NCBI GenBank assembly: GCA_036867785.1
Contig: CP145424.1
Location: 558,001-622,000, forward strand
Direction of reading: 5' to 3'
Origin: Plasmodiophora brassicae
Taxonomy: Eukaryota
DNA length: 64,000 nt
A program made the translations under genes and the position numbers. The notes under the pieces are model-generated. The model ran no database searches. It was given only the letters and a program-made list of their open reading frames with translations, and was not told where the DNA came from. Shown in pieces: positions 23,707 through 34,821 of the stretch (the first letter of the stretch is position 1; the number at the start of each line of letters is the position of its first letter).

Positions 23707-24780
23707 ATGGCGTCGTCTGGACCTGGGGATAGTGGATCAACCGCCAATGAGATCCTCGAAGGAGACGATCGTGTTCATGTCACACTTGACGTGATTGTGA
23801 AACCGTATGTAAGCATACAGCCGCGGAACACGTTGTATCACGTTCTAGGCCAATTCGACGTCGAAGTGGCCACCGTTGGCGACTTTACAGACGCCGTACT
23901 TGGTCTCGTTCAAGAAAACGTAGACGGCCTGGCTCGCAAGTCATCTGACGACGACTCGACGTATATACTTGCTAAGGAGACCGTAACGTTAACGTCACTG
24001 GACCAGTTTGTTGCCATCAAACACAACAATCACTTCTACGCCTTCCACCGTCCACATGGCGAGGATCACCGAGATCCAATGCGTACCCCAACTGTTGTGC
24101 TAACGTTCAAATTGAAGTTAGTCACTGAATGTTGTTCTTGGCATACAGGCATAACCAAGGACACGCTTAACCGCTGGAGTAAGGACGTCCCGAGTCTATT
24201 CATTTATCAGTACGGGAAAGAGCTGCGAAACGCATCGGACTTCAAGAAGTTTCAAGCGTCTGTGTTCTCGGCTCCGCAGTTGGACCGTGCTCGCGCCGCT
24301 GCCGATGAACAAGTGAGAGCGATCGAACGCCAACTGAAGGATCACTGGGGAACGGTATATCAATCCCAGTCAGCCAACTGGCGGATTTGGGCCAGTCGCA
24401 TCGCGCGCGAGCCGGTCACACGTCGAGCTGCTTTGATCGAGGATCCGCCTCCATACGAAATCGTCCACCTCTTCGAGCACTCGCCACTACAAAATGGACC
24501 GTTGCTCACGACCCTCCGGGAAGACAATTCCACAACGCTAGCGATTCTGGACACGATGGACGATCACTTGCAAGAGTTTCAGGACTTTATCCATCGCCAG
24601 ATCGAGGCGTTTCGCGACAGCGTTGGGTGCCAGATGCGGCAGATGCGCGACACCGTGCGCCGACATCGACGAGTTGCTGAGGCGCTTAGGGCTAGTCTTC
24701 ATCCCGAGGAACTTCCTGATAATCTGAACAGGCTGCAGAGGGCTCCCAATCAGAGTGATGTAGACCATGAGGATCAATAA
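23707..24780 (+). CDS. Hypothetical protein convergent with the transposase; possible in-frame intron 24083-24148
   Basis: Open for about 360 codons; Trp-rich block LKDHWG...NWRIWASRI...DPPP and a C-terminal heptad-like helical region. Confidence 0.7.
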   Translation: MASSGPGDSGSTANEILEGDDRVHVTLDVIVKPYVSIQPRNTLYHVLGQFDVEVATVGDFTDAVLGLVQENVDGLARKSSDDDSTYILAKETVTLTSLDQFVAIKHNNHFYAFHRPHGEDHRDPMRTPTVVLTFKLKLVTECCSWHTGITKDTLNRWSKDVPSLFIYQYGKELRNASDFKKFQASVFSAPQLDRARAAADEQVRAIERQLKDHWGTVYQSQSANWRIWASRIAREPVTRRAALIEDPPPYEIVHLFEHSPLQNGPLLTTLREDNSTTLAILDTMDDHLQEFQDFIHRQIEAFRDSVGCQMRQMRDTVRRHRRVAEALRASLHPEELPDNLNRLQRAPNQSDVDHEDQ

Positions 24781-24782
24781 AT

Positions 24783-25965
24783 TTATTCGAATCCGGCCTC
24801 CGTCATGCGATTGGTGATGTCCTTGTAGGCGACGCCTGGATTGAACTTTCCGTTTGCGCCAAACCCACATTTCTTGAACAGACCTCTCATATCATATCTC
24901 CGAAACTTCTTGAGTTCCGTTAAGATTACAACAGGGAGGTCCTTCGGTTTGACATTGCCTTCAGCATACCAACGCCTAAGGCTTTTCTTGACAAGACCGA
25001 ACACAATCTCAATCGGGTTGAACATCGGACAGTAGGCTGGCAGGAAGATGGGAATGATGCCGAGATCCCGTAGGTACTCGACTATCGTATGATGGCAATG
25101 TATCCTGGCTCCATCCATGATCCAAACCGATTGCCGCCCAGGATGCTTCTGAACTCGGCCGGACAGAGCATGCTCACGGACGCATTCGACAAATTTCTGA
25201 CGATCGAACGTGCCCTCTGTGAGAAATGTGCCTTCCAACCCATCACATCCGATGAAGCACAACAACGAGCTACGCGGCCTTCTGACGAATTCGCCTCTGA
25301 AGAGCAGTTCCTGGCCCTGCATAACGCATGTTAGGGTCCTGTATACGGATAACGTTGGGGAACTCGTCGACAGACCTTAAGCGCATAACCCTTGCGACGT
25401 AGCATGTCCCGGTTGTCGAGGCCGAACTCGTCAAGAAAGCACAGGCTGGAGTGGGTCCAGTCGATAGCGTTGAGTTCCTCGAAGAATCGGACGATGTCTG
25501 CTTCCTTGATCTGGATGGCTCGACGGACAATGAGCTATTCAACAGTAAGCCGAAACTGATAACCCATTCCTGTTCGAGTCGTACCTTTCGAGTAAAGCCG
25601 TATTCGCGAAGTATGCGCCAGATCGTGCTCAAACTGATGTCGTTCTTCCAGTTGATTTCGAATGCCAGCTTGGCTTCGTCAAGAAAGGACAAAGGGTTGG
25701 CGAGGAAGTAGTCCCTTATCCATTCGCGGTGTTCAGGCGTGTACTTCCGCTGCGACTCTGTTGCCTTACGGGATACGGCACCGGTGCGCTCGTACCGCTC
25801 GATCCATCTGCCGATCGTCGATGGCGCCTTGCGATACAAAAGGGCTATCTGATTCTGCTTGAGGCCGATGAAATAGTAGGCGTACAGCGCATGCAGTTTG
25901 GTGTTCTCTGTAGCATGTTGGCTTTCAATTGCTTCGGACACGTGTACACCATGAGCGGCCGCCAT
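24783..25965 (-). CDS. IS630/Tc1/mariner-superfamily transposase (HTH plus DDE_3, DD34E); introns 25535-25584 and 25317-25375
   Basis: HTH QNQIALLYRKAPSTIGRW; spliced GFTRK|LIVRRAIQIK...CFLDEFGLDNR...GYALK|GQELLFRGEF; WIMDGARIH followed by FLPAYCPMFNPIE with 34 residues between D and E. Confidence 0.9.
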
Positions 25966-26478
25966 CTCCAACGCTGGCACCTACGCGCTTTGCAATAATT
26001 TTGTAACTGAAAAAGAGGGAGCACGACGCCACAGATCACATCTACAACCTTGAACGGGCGTTACATCGTCTGCTCGCGCTCGTGCAATCCAAATCAGGTA
26101 TAACAACTAGTCTCAGGTCAACCACTACCGAACAGGACACGATTGCGAAGACGGTTGTTTCTCGAGCTCCGTTTAATTGATCAGAATCGCCGCTACGTAT
26201 CTTCTCTACCTGCTTGACTGAAAGATTGCCACATCCCGTCCCTATATCTTCTGGAAGCTACAGGTTTCAAGTCAAACCAGCCGAGCAAGCGCGCTCGCGA
26301 TAGTTGGGCACCAACAATCGCGAAAAAAATGCGTGGCGACGGTTGATAGTTGGGGCGATTGCATTTCGGACGGCAATCGCAATATTGAGTCGGCGGGCGG
26401 CGGGTGCGGTGGTCACTTGTCCTTGACGGGTCCAAAAAAGCGGCACTCGGTTGACTGTGGGCGCCGCCTGCGTGCGTC

Positions 26479-26720
26479 ATGTCCTCGTGGAGGAAGGACA
26501 ACCCGTGCGCGGCCCTGGCCGACGCCAGCTACGCATGCATCGAGAAGAACGATGGCGACAAGTCCGCCTGCGATGCGCACTTCCAGGCGTATAAGGCGTG
26601 TGTCAAAGCGGAGGTGGCGTGCACCCCGGCAGCAACCGCCCCACAAAGTGACTCTGATCGCAATTGCCTCCGTAGACTGAGCGACGCAGACGCGAACGAC
26701 TTGCTGCGAACTCCACCTGA
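26479..26720 (+). CDS. Twin CX9C (CHCH) protein, COX23/CHCHD7-like
   Basis: CAALADASYAC and CDAHFQAYKAC; one intron then TERRRRERLAANST*. Confidence 0.75.
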
Positions 26721-27032
26721 TAGCCAGGCGTCCTGTTCGCGCCCTTGCCGTCATCAAATTATCGTCGCAACTGTCAAGCGCAACAACCACACTACATCGA
26801 TAATATCGTCAATGTCAACACATGTACCTGTATCAGCTAAGTAGCAGCGCGCCTGACGTTCGTAATCGCACAGCTGGTCGCACGCCGGGGAGACCATGAG
26901 CCCCCGGGGCAGCTGGCAAGGACCAGGAGGGAGGGCGCTCCTCTGACGGAGGGGGCATGGCGATTGTAGCATTCCACAGTGTTGATCGCTAGTAGGACAT
27001 TAGAGCGCGTGCGCCATACACCCAGGCCTCGG

Positions 27033-27639
27033 ATGGTTGATGCCAGGAGACGTGGTTTCCGCGGATCACAGAACGCGACACTCAGCGAACAACTCCGTGA
27101 CGTCGCAGCGGCAGATGCCATTGCGGTCGCGTTCCCCGGTCGGGCGGCGGCGAAACGACCGGTCACGTTCGCCGCATCGGCAGCGGCGCAGTCCCGCCAG
27201 GCGTCGAAGCCGGAGGTCGATCAGCCCGGCGCGCCGGCCCCGTCGGTCGCGCTCCAGGTCGGATTCGCGCGAGCGCCGACGGAGTGCTTCCCGGGAACGG
27301 CGCCACAGGAGGGATGCCCGTCGATCGCCGTCCAGATCATATTCTCGCGAGCGCCGGCGGAGTGATTCCCGGGAACGCAACGATAGGAGAGACGGCAAGG
27401 CGCCTGCTGATGGGAAGCCTGCCCCGACGAAGCCTACCGTTGCCATCACCGACGATATGGCCCCGGAAGAAATGATGGCCGCCCTAGGCCTGCCGACGCA
27501 GCTGTCGTCAACGAAGGGCAAGAATGTCGAGGACGACGCAGCGAATATGTCTGGCGCTCGAGTCATGAGCAAGCGCAAGTACAGGCAGTACATGAACCGG
27601 CTCGGTGGGTTCAATCGTCCACTTGGCAAGCAGTTCTGA
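27033..27639 (+). CDS. SNRNP27: U4/U6.U5 tri-snRNP 27 kDa protein; start uncertain
   Basis: RS-rich N-terminus; [30 protein letters not shown]. Confidence 0.9.
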
Positions 27640-28176
27640 AGCCCACGCCTACATATACAACGACTGTCTGCACTCCATTGAGCGCGTTGCACCGCTCCTC
27701 AGCGATTGGCTGTCGTGAAGTCGCCGACACGGGTTCGATATTCTATGGGGCGTGCCACACAGCATTGCTAGTGCTACGACGTAGTGTCCATTGTGTCGAG
27801 CTCGAGAACTCGCTCAGGCAGATGCGAGAGGTCTCAGCGGTCTTCATTAACGTCGGCCTCCGGCGCTGTCAGGATGGCACGCAGGGCTACATTCTCCAGT
27901 TCCTGGCAATGTCCTGCATTGTAGCGGCTCGGCGAACCAACTGCCTGGAGACGACAGCATCCGACGAAGCCAAGTCGGCGTGGCAACGAGTAACCAGTCA
28001 GCACTGATAGGTATGCCGTTTCCAGTCATGGCAATTGCAAGAGCAGGCTCCACTCGCAAATGAGAAGGGATGCAAATGAAAGGTGACACGGTTGCCAGTA
28101 CTGGCAGTACTACCTGTGCCCGCTCATATTGAGTCCCGGTCAGACAGGGTCGGAATACTGTTCGCCCTCATATGGC

Positions 28177-29710
28177 TTTATCCATTTCTCCAGGGCCGAT
28201 AACGAGGTTTATACAGACAGAGGGCTCCTGTGCGATGACACCTCGTTCTTGTAACGGAGGCTGACCATGTCCATCCAGCTGATCCTTACTTGCGGGGTCA
28301 GAAATCGTCCCAGGCACGGTTACGTTTGGGACGCGGCGGCGGAGGGACAGGATGACGAGGATGACGGACCTGCATAAAGTTCATCCGGTCAAAAGGACCG
28401 GAAAGGTGACGCGCCGGCTCGTAGGGCGCTTTCATGATGCCTGCGGCAAGCGCTCCCCAGTCAAACCCACGGAACCAGGCATGGGTTTTGATCTGGTCGA
28501 ACTCTGCTCAAACGCATACGTAGTTAGAACGGGCCAGGCCAACCTGGGAGGCTGGCAACTTACTCGGGCGCTTCCGTGGGCTGTGCCTCAGAAGGCTTCG
28601 TACGAAGTTCTGTGCAAGTGGCGGCAGGGCTGACGGGACCGGAATGTCGGGCTCCGGTGTCGACAGGATGGCGCACGCGACCACAGCCGCCCATTGCTCT
28701 GGGCTTTCGTACTGGATATCGTGTATGGCGAACGGTGTCGTGCCCACAAACAGGGCGCACACGAATATGCCCAGTGCCCATATGTCACTGATCTGGTCGT
28801 ATCCAGCATAGCGCCTCGGCAGACCAATGCCCTGGAAATATTCTAGAGCGCCCAGGGTCTTCACCATCTAGCAGATCCAGTAGTCAGCAAACGAACAAAT
28901 CTGCGGCGATCTAAGGCGGCAACCTCTGGCGACGCGAACTCAAGTTTGCCCTGGAAGAAACACAGCTTGTGTCCCCGTGGAAAGAACCTGGAGGTCGAGA
29001 AGTCGACGATTCGTATGTATCCTTTGGCGTCCACGAAGACGTTTTCCGGGTTCAAGAGACTGTAGAACATCCCTTTTTGGTGCACCTTCTCCAGCACCAG
29101 CACCGTCGACGCCACGTAGAATTTCACCAAATGCTCTGGCGCCGTCGTCGGGAATGATGGGCACTAAATAGCAAGGCGCGACTCAATATCAAACCATAGC
29201 CCCCCTTAAGCACATGTCACCACTAACACGAACGTATAGATTGCCACCAGGTAAATATTCCATCAGGATGCACGCATAGTCGGCGTCCTGCATCGTGCAG
29301 AATGCCCTGACCACACCAGGCGTGCCGCGTAGATGCAGCAGCAGTGCATCCCGGTCAGCAAAGGACAACCTCACATGATTTGGGTCGCTTTCCTTTGCAA
29401 TCTGTGTCGTCAAATCAGTGGACAGCGAACTCTATGCCACCCACTTGCATCCCTTCTTCAACGCGTACGGAACGTTCGTTGCCTTGTGCCTAACTAGGTT
29501 CACGATGTAGTGCCCTTTGTACTCGCGGAGAGGAAACAGTGTCTCGAAGTCTTCCAACCGACACGGCATGGGCGGTGGCGGCGTCGTGCCGGGCTGCGCA
29601 GCACCCTACAAGTGCCATCAATCGCACCCAGGACGGTACCCCCCGGGCACCCGACTTACGAGAGCGGCAATGGCCACAGCAACGATTGCAGTGGCAATGA
29701 CGATGAGCAT
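28177..29710 (-). CDS. AGC-family pseudokinase with an N-terminal signal peptide; 3' end uncertain
   Basis: MLIVIATAIVAVAIAAL|GAAQP; LEDFETL, YALKK, MEYLPGGNL, YSLLNPEN, DFS, EFASPE, DIWALG, IKTHAWFRGFDW. Confidence 0.8.
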
Positions 29711-30320
29711 CGCTCCCGCACCCAAATCGCACGTGATGCTTCTGTCTGATTGGGAATCCGGGGCCCACACCCAGCGCGCGTAAATCGGGCGCTGGAGACT
29801 GGAGTGCACTCGGGGGCTACGGCGCGCGCAGGCCTCTTCATTCACGGACCAATCCATCACTGTAAGCGCCGTAAATAGCCTACCCACGGACTGATCGCCG
29901 GCCTGGTTTACAGGACACCACGGACTTTGGGGGGCAACTGCCGTGCACGCGGTGCTATGGGCTACCAGACCTACAGGGGCTACCACGATGGGTTTATAGT
30001 CGGTCCATCTTTAGAATCTTCATCCATCATAATGGGGGTCACTCGTGGGCAATTCAACGTGGCGCATTTGTCCAGTACGCCGGCCGACGACGTCGCTCAG
30101 ATTGGCGGAACTCCCTGTTGCAGCACGCTGACGGTTCCTGGATGTATGGCCTGGGCGGCGCCCTGTCTGAAAATGGGCGCGCTCATGAGCCGGGCCTATT
30201 CGGTTGCCTCATGGTCGCAGCGTGTCACAGGATGCCATCCTCCTCCGTTCGTGCAGGCGTGCCGCTTCCAGTCATTGGTGACGAGTCGGTGGGCGGCGGC
30301 AGAGATCTCCCGGGGTCGAT

Positions 30321-33109
30321 ATGACGTCGTCGGCCCCAGATCCTCCTAGGCGCACGTTGCGCCCGCTACCGCCTCTGTCCCCGATACACCGCCCGCAGCG
30401 CCTACCATCACTGCCACAACCATCGGCACCTACTGATGACTTCGCCACCAAGCGGAGGCTCCGCATGTCGATGGCAGCGGGAGCGATGGAGTCGCCTTCG
30501 TCGCCTGCGAAACCCGCTCCAACGGTGTTCGACTTCGCCGAGCACAGGCGGCAGACCCGACGGTCCGTCCTGCTATCGCCAAGCGAAACCTTCGCGGGGC
30601 GAAGACGATCGCGAATGCCGTCCGCCGAGGCGACCCGCCGCTTGTCGCCCAGGCGGGTAGCCAGCCCTTCCCCGGACCACCATGCAATCGAGATGCCGAC
30701 GCCCAAAGAGAAGGAAGGGCGTCCTTCGGGCGATGTTGCAATCGACGTGCCTCCCGAACAGGCACCTGCGCAGTCAGCGACATCCCACCTGGCTGGACGA
30801 TTCTTGCTAGCGTTCTTCGACTGCCAGCTCGGGCACTCGATCGTCGAGTGGTTCGCCATGATGATCAGTGCCCATAGACAGACACGACGAACCTTGGAAA
30901 TGGTCGCATAACGTGTCTGAACCGTATGGCCGACGTTGAACGTGCTGGCAGGAACTAGCGGACGGCGTCGTGCTACCGCCGAGCTGGGCTCCTGCTCGCC
31001 CCGACCTCATCCAGGACATGATGGAGCAGTACCCGTTGCAACCGATTCTTTGCGTTTCTGGCCTCAGAGCCGATCTGCTGCGAGAGGTGCCACTCTGCAT
31101 GAACCCGGTTGTTCGGGTGAGAGCGGCACATCCAGTTTGCCTGAATGTGGTTTAACACGCTGGGTACAGGTCAGCGTTGTAGACGTGCAGACCGGGCAGC
31201 TGCTCGAAAAGGCGCATCCACAGTGGTCGGTTGTGACGCGCTACGAGTCGCCCGGTAGTCGAATCCTCCCGGTGCAAACAGTGAGCGCAGGCCCGAATGC
31301 GAATCGGCACGACGCACTGACGCTCGCGAGTAGGAACCGTGGGACATCGTGGGGCGGCGCGTCCTAGCGCCAGTCTGGGAGGAACCGGTGATCTTCAACG
31401 AATCCCTGCAGCACTTCTTCCAGCACCGTGTCCTGATCCTGTTTGAGATTCTAGGTAAGTCGTCAGTAGCGACGCCGACGTCTGCTAACCATTTCCAATA
31501 GACTTTGGCCCACACGTCAACTTGAACATGTACCCATCTGGGACGCTGCCCATCGCCTGGGCGTTCGTGAAGCCTCTCAGCGCGTCCGGCGCCCCAAATC
31601 ACGGCCACATCCGGGTGCAATTGTACGAGTACACGCGCGAGGCCGCCACGCGCGAACGCTCTGGTGCACTGCGTCCCTACGTCGAGTACGTCGTCCAGAA
31701 GAACTGCGGCTTCGTTCCGTACCCGTCGTCGCTGTACCTGAACCTACGCGGGATCGCCCCGCTGCGATCCCGCATCGTCCGCGGCAAGCGCCCGCGCCTG
31801 CCAACCGACATTGAGCAAGGTCGTATTGGGTACGACGAGATGCGGAGCAAGTTCGGCCCGGCGTCGCCTACTGACACACCCGGCCATGCGCGTGATTCGG
31901 CGCCGGTCAGCACTCGTCAGCGCAGCAATTGCCGGCAGCGTCTACGTGGCGACCCGTGTTTGGTGCCGAACGAGGAGGCGGGGCGCCTGAGCAGCGGCAC
32001 GCTCGGTGCCTTCGTCGTCGAGTTCAGCCCGGACGGGAGGTTCGTCGCGGCGGCCTGCGCCGAGTACCTGATGTTCCCTGTGAAGCTGTTCGACAGCGAT
32101 GGCGGCACCCTAGAACACACGTTCGCTGGACACTACGGCCTGGTGCACGATCTGGCGTGGTCCGCCGACGCCAGGTTCCTCGCGTCCGCTTCGGCGGACA
32201 ACACGGTCAAGATCTGGGCGAAGGAACGCGGCGTGTCCGCTATTGCATCGTTGCAGCACCTGGCCTTCGTGTACAGTGCCCGGTTCGTTCCGACCCACGA
32301 CATTGACGCCGTTGTCGTCACCGCTGGCGTTGACCGGGTCGTTCGCGTATGGGACGCGCTGCAAGGCGCTGTGATCCACGAGCTCAGTGGGCACGACGCG
32401 CCGATCAATTCGATCGCTGTCGACCAGCAGGGGTTGCGGATGTGGACGGGCGATGCAAGCGGGTCGGTAAAGAGCTGGGACCGGGACTTGCCTCAGTCCG
32501 CGTCGCGGTTCCGACCCGTGCACCGCCTGCAGCACCCGGAGCTGAAAGACGTCGCCATTACGTCTGTGCGACACGATCCTGTTCGGGACAGCATCGTTGT
32601 CATGGCCAGGAACCACCTTCTCTACGTGTTTGGCGTTCGCAGGTACCAGTGGAGCATGCGCTCATCGCATCCATGTTGGGAGGACTGACGTCCACGTCGG
32701 TGTAGATACGATCTTCGCCGCGTCCTGTCAGGCGTCCAGTGCGACCATTCGGCGATTCGGGCACAGTTCTCTCCAGACGGGGCGTTCGTCGTGTCCGGGT
32801 CCGAGGATGGCAAAGTGCATGTTTGGAGGGTTGCCAGCGGCGAGCTCGTATCGCAGATCGAGACCGGTTCGCGGCAGTAGTCGCCGGCCTAGAGACACGG
32901 TTGCTGATTGCGTCCGCACAGGGTACACGGCAGCATGTTACGGCGTCGCATGGCACCCAAGCCAGCACCTAATTGCTGCATGCTCGTTCGGCGGCGACTA
33001 CCCGATCATGGTGTTCGACTGCATAGATGGGAGTGGTGCGGCGCCCGACCCCGTTGCAAGCGCAGACAGCCCTCGAAGGCAGACGCACCTACCGGGCGCT
33101 ATCTCGTAA
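30321..33109 (+). CDS. AHI1: Jouberin/AHI1-like ciliary protein (C2-like domain plus WD40)
   Basis: NPVVR|VSVVDVQTGQ, PVWEEPVIFNE, ILFEIL|DF, IAWAFVKP, YPSSLYL, followed by several WD40 repeats. Confidence 0.8.
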
Positions 33110-33217
33110 TATACTGGGACACATGGAGTACGACGTCGGGCAGAGCAACGAATTGCGACAAAGCGTTGTATGATTCGACAGCGAGCGGAGCAACTGGACA
33201 TCGGCAGCATCGACACG

Positions 33218-33443
33218 TTACACGCTTGCGTGATGATGATGGTCGGCGACCGGGCTGTTCCAGAACTTCGCCCGGACCCTGCAACGCGACCACATCAGCC
33301 CACCCTATAAATCGTTCAGTACGGGTGCACCCCTGGGCCACTCACCGCCGGCACGCCTCAAACAGCCCGACGGCCGTCACCGACGACATGAACACGTTGC
33401 CGACGATCACGTAGGCACGGACAGCAGCAGTCGATGACGTCAT
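33218..33443 (-). CDS. Small 52-aa single-pass membrane protein; intron 33279-33345
   Basis: ACCATG start, GTGAGT donor, CTGAT branch point, CAG acceptor; MTSSTAAVRAYVIVGNVFMSSVTAVGLFEACRRVRAKFWNSPVADHHHHASV*. Confidence 0.45.
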
Positions 33444-34122
33444 GGTACCCGAAGAACAACAACGATAGCAAGTTGGCGTGCAGTTGCGGTCTTTTCCGCA
33501 ACGGACACCGCCGGGGCAGCACAGTTCGGACCCGGGGGATCCGGAAACGAGCTGCATCATGCCGCGGCCCGCGGGGTCCTTCGGGCCCTTCCGGGCTGCG
33601 TTTTAACGCGCCTTCCTGTGTCCGCGACGCGACGAACGTATCGCCGGCGCCGCGTGCCAGTCGCCGGTCGCGAGGACGCTGACCGGTCGATAATCTGTAC
33701 TGTACACTGGCCGCATACCTCCTGGATCATGTGACCCATTCATCTTGATCTGTGGGCATTAAAGCAGTGGACCTGGGGATCAGTACCGGCCGACCTTCCT
33801 GCCGTGGGAGTCGCCGTAATACAGGTCTGTCTATTGTATATCTTGGCGGGACTGGCCATCCTATACAGGAGCCATCACCGTTGATTCCGAAGTAGGGTAG
33901 GTGGGGCGACCGAGGTCCAGTCGCCGTCGCAGTCCGTTTCTCCAATGCTGCACTGACTGGAATGTACTGGATTGCGTATAGCAGGCCCGTTAGCCAGTGG
34001 CGCTGCCGTTCCGTTCCGTAGGTAGTACGCCGTGCTGCGGCGACGACGTCGCGAACGTCACTTTCCGATTCGGGCACGGTTCGAGCATCGGTTTTATTTT
34101 GGGCGAGCGTTCTCGTGATGCG

Positions 34123-34768
34123 ATGATCAATCGGGACGGGACGGCGTCGGCGCTGCTGCGCGACGGCGTCGTCGACGATGGCAGCGGCAGCGGAATTGTG
34201 ATCCGGACGCTGACGTTGGCCGACATTGGCGAGGTGCGCCGGGTCGACCTGCAGCTGTTCCCGGTGCGGTACAGCGACGAGTTCTACACGTCGCTGGGGA
34301 AGAACCCGTCGATGACGCTGGTTGCTGTCGATGACGACAATATCGTCGCCGTTGTATCCAGCCGTGTCATCCATTCGCGACTATCGTGTCGAAACCTGAT
34401 GGGATACAATCACCATGTCGGGTATATCTCGACACTGGGCGTCCTGCCGCCGTACCGTCGCCGAGGCATTGCCAAGCTCCTTCTGGAACGCATCATTTCT
34501 GTACTGAAACGCGATTGCCAGTGCCAGTCGGTCTACCTCCATGTAAAGGTTCGCTGAGAATCGTTGCTCTGCCTGCCGGTCCTTGTCTGACCTGCGTTTA
34601 TAGGCAGATAATTTTCCAGCTCTGAAACTGTACAAAGAATTCGGGTTTGATCAAGTGCGATTCCTGCAGGCACACTATTATTTTGATAACCGACACCATG
34701 ACGCCATCCAGCTGGAAAAACAGCTCGGCGATGCAACGAGACACGCGACACAATGTGCCATATTATGA
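34123..34768 (+). CDS. GNAT N-alpha-acetyltransferase, NAA60/NAA50-like
   Basis: LFPVRYSDEFY, YISTLGVLPPYRRRGIA, VYLHVK|ADNFPALKLYKEFGF, HYY; ends CAIL*. Confidence 0.85.
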
Positions 34769-34821
34769 AGGTCCATTCACGTGAATTCCGTCAGGCATTT
34801 ACGATACGATAGCGGCGAATG

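Larger units (their letters stand above)
23589..26380. mobile_element. Candidate two-gene IS630/Tc1/mariner-type DNA transposon (accessory ORF plus DD34E transposase); ends tentative
   Basis: Convergent ORF pair between OAT and COX23-like; shared CCAA(G/C)(T/A)ATCGCGA motif and hairpins at both ends. Confidence 0.55.

Noticed and set aside
23707-24780. Transposase partner ORF as a Fanzor/TnpB RNA-guided nuclease
   Set aside because: No recognisable RuvC D-E-D motifs or CxxC zinc finger, and no room for a downstream guide RNA because the transposase stop is 2 nt away
24783-25980. Transposase as a frameshifted pseudogene or programmed frameshift
   Set aside because: Two canonical GT-AG introns restore the reading frame cleanly
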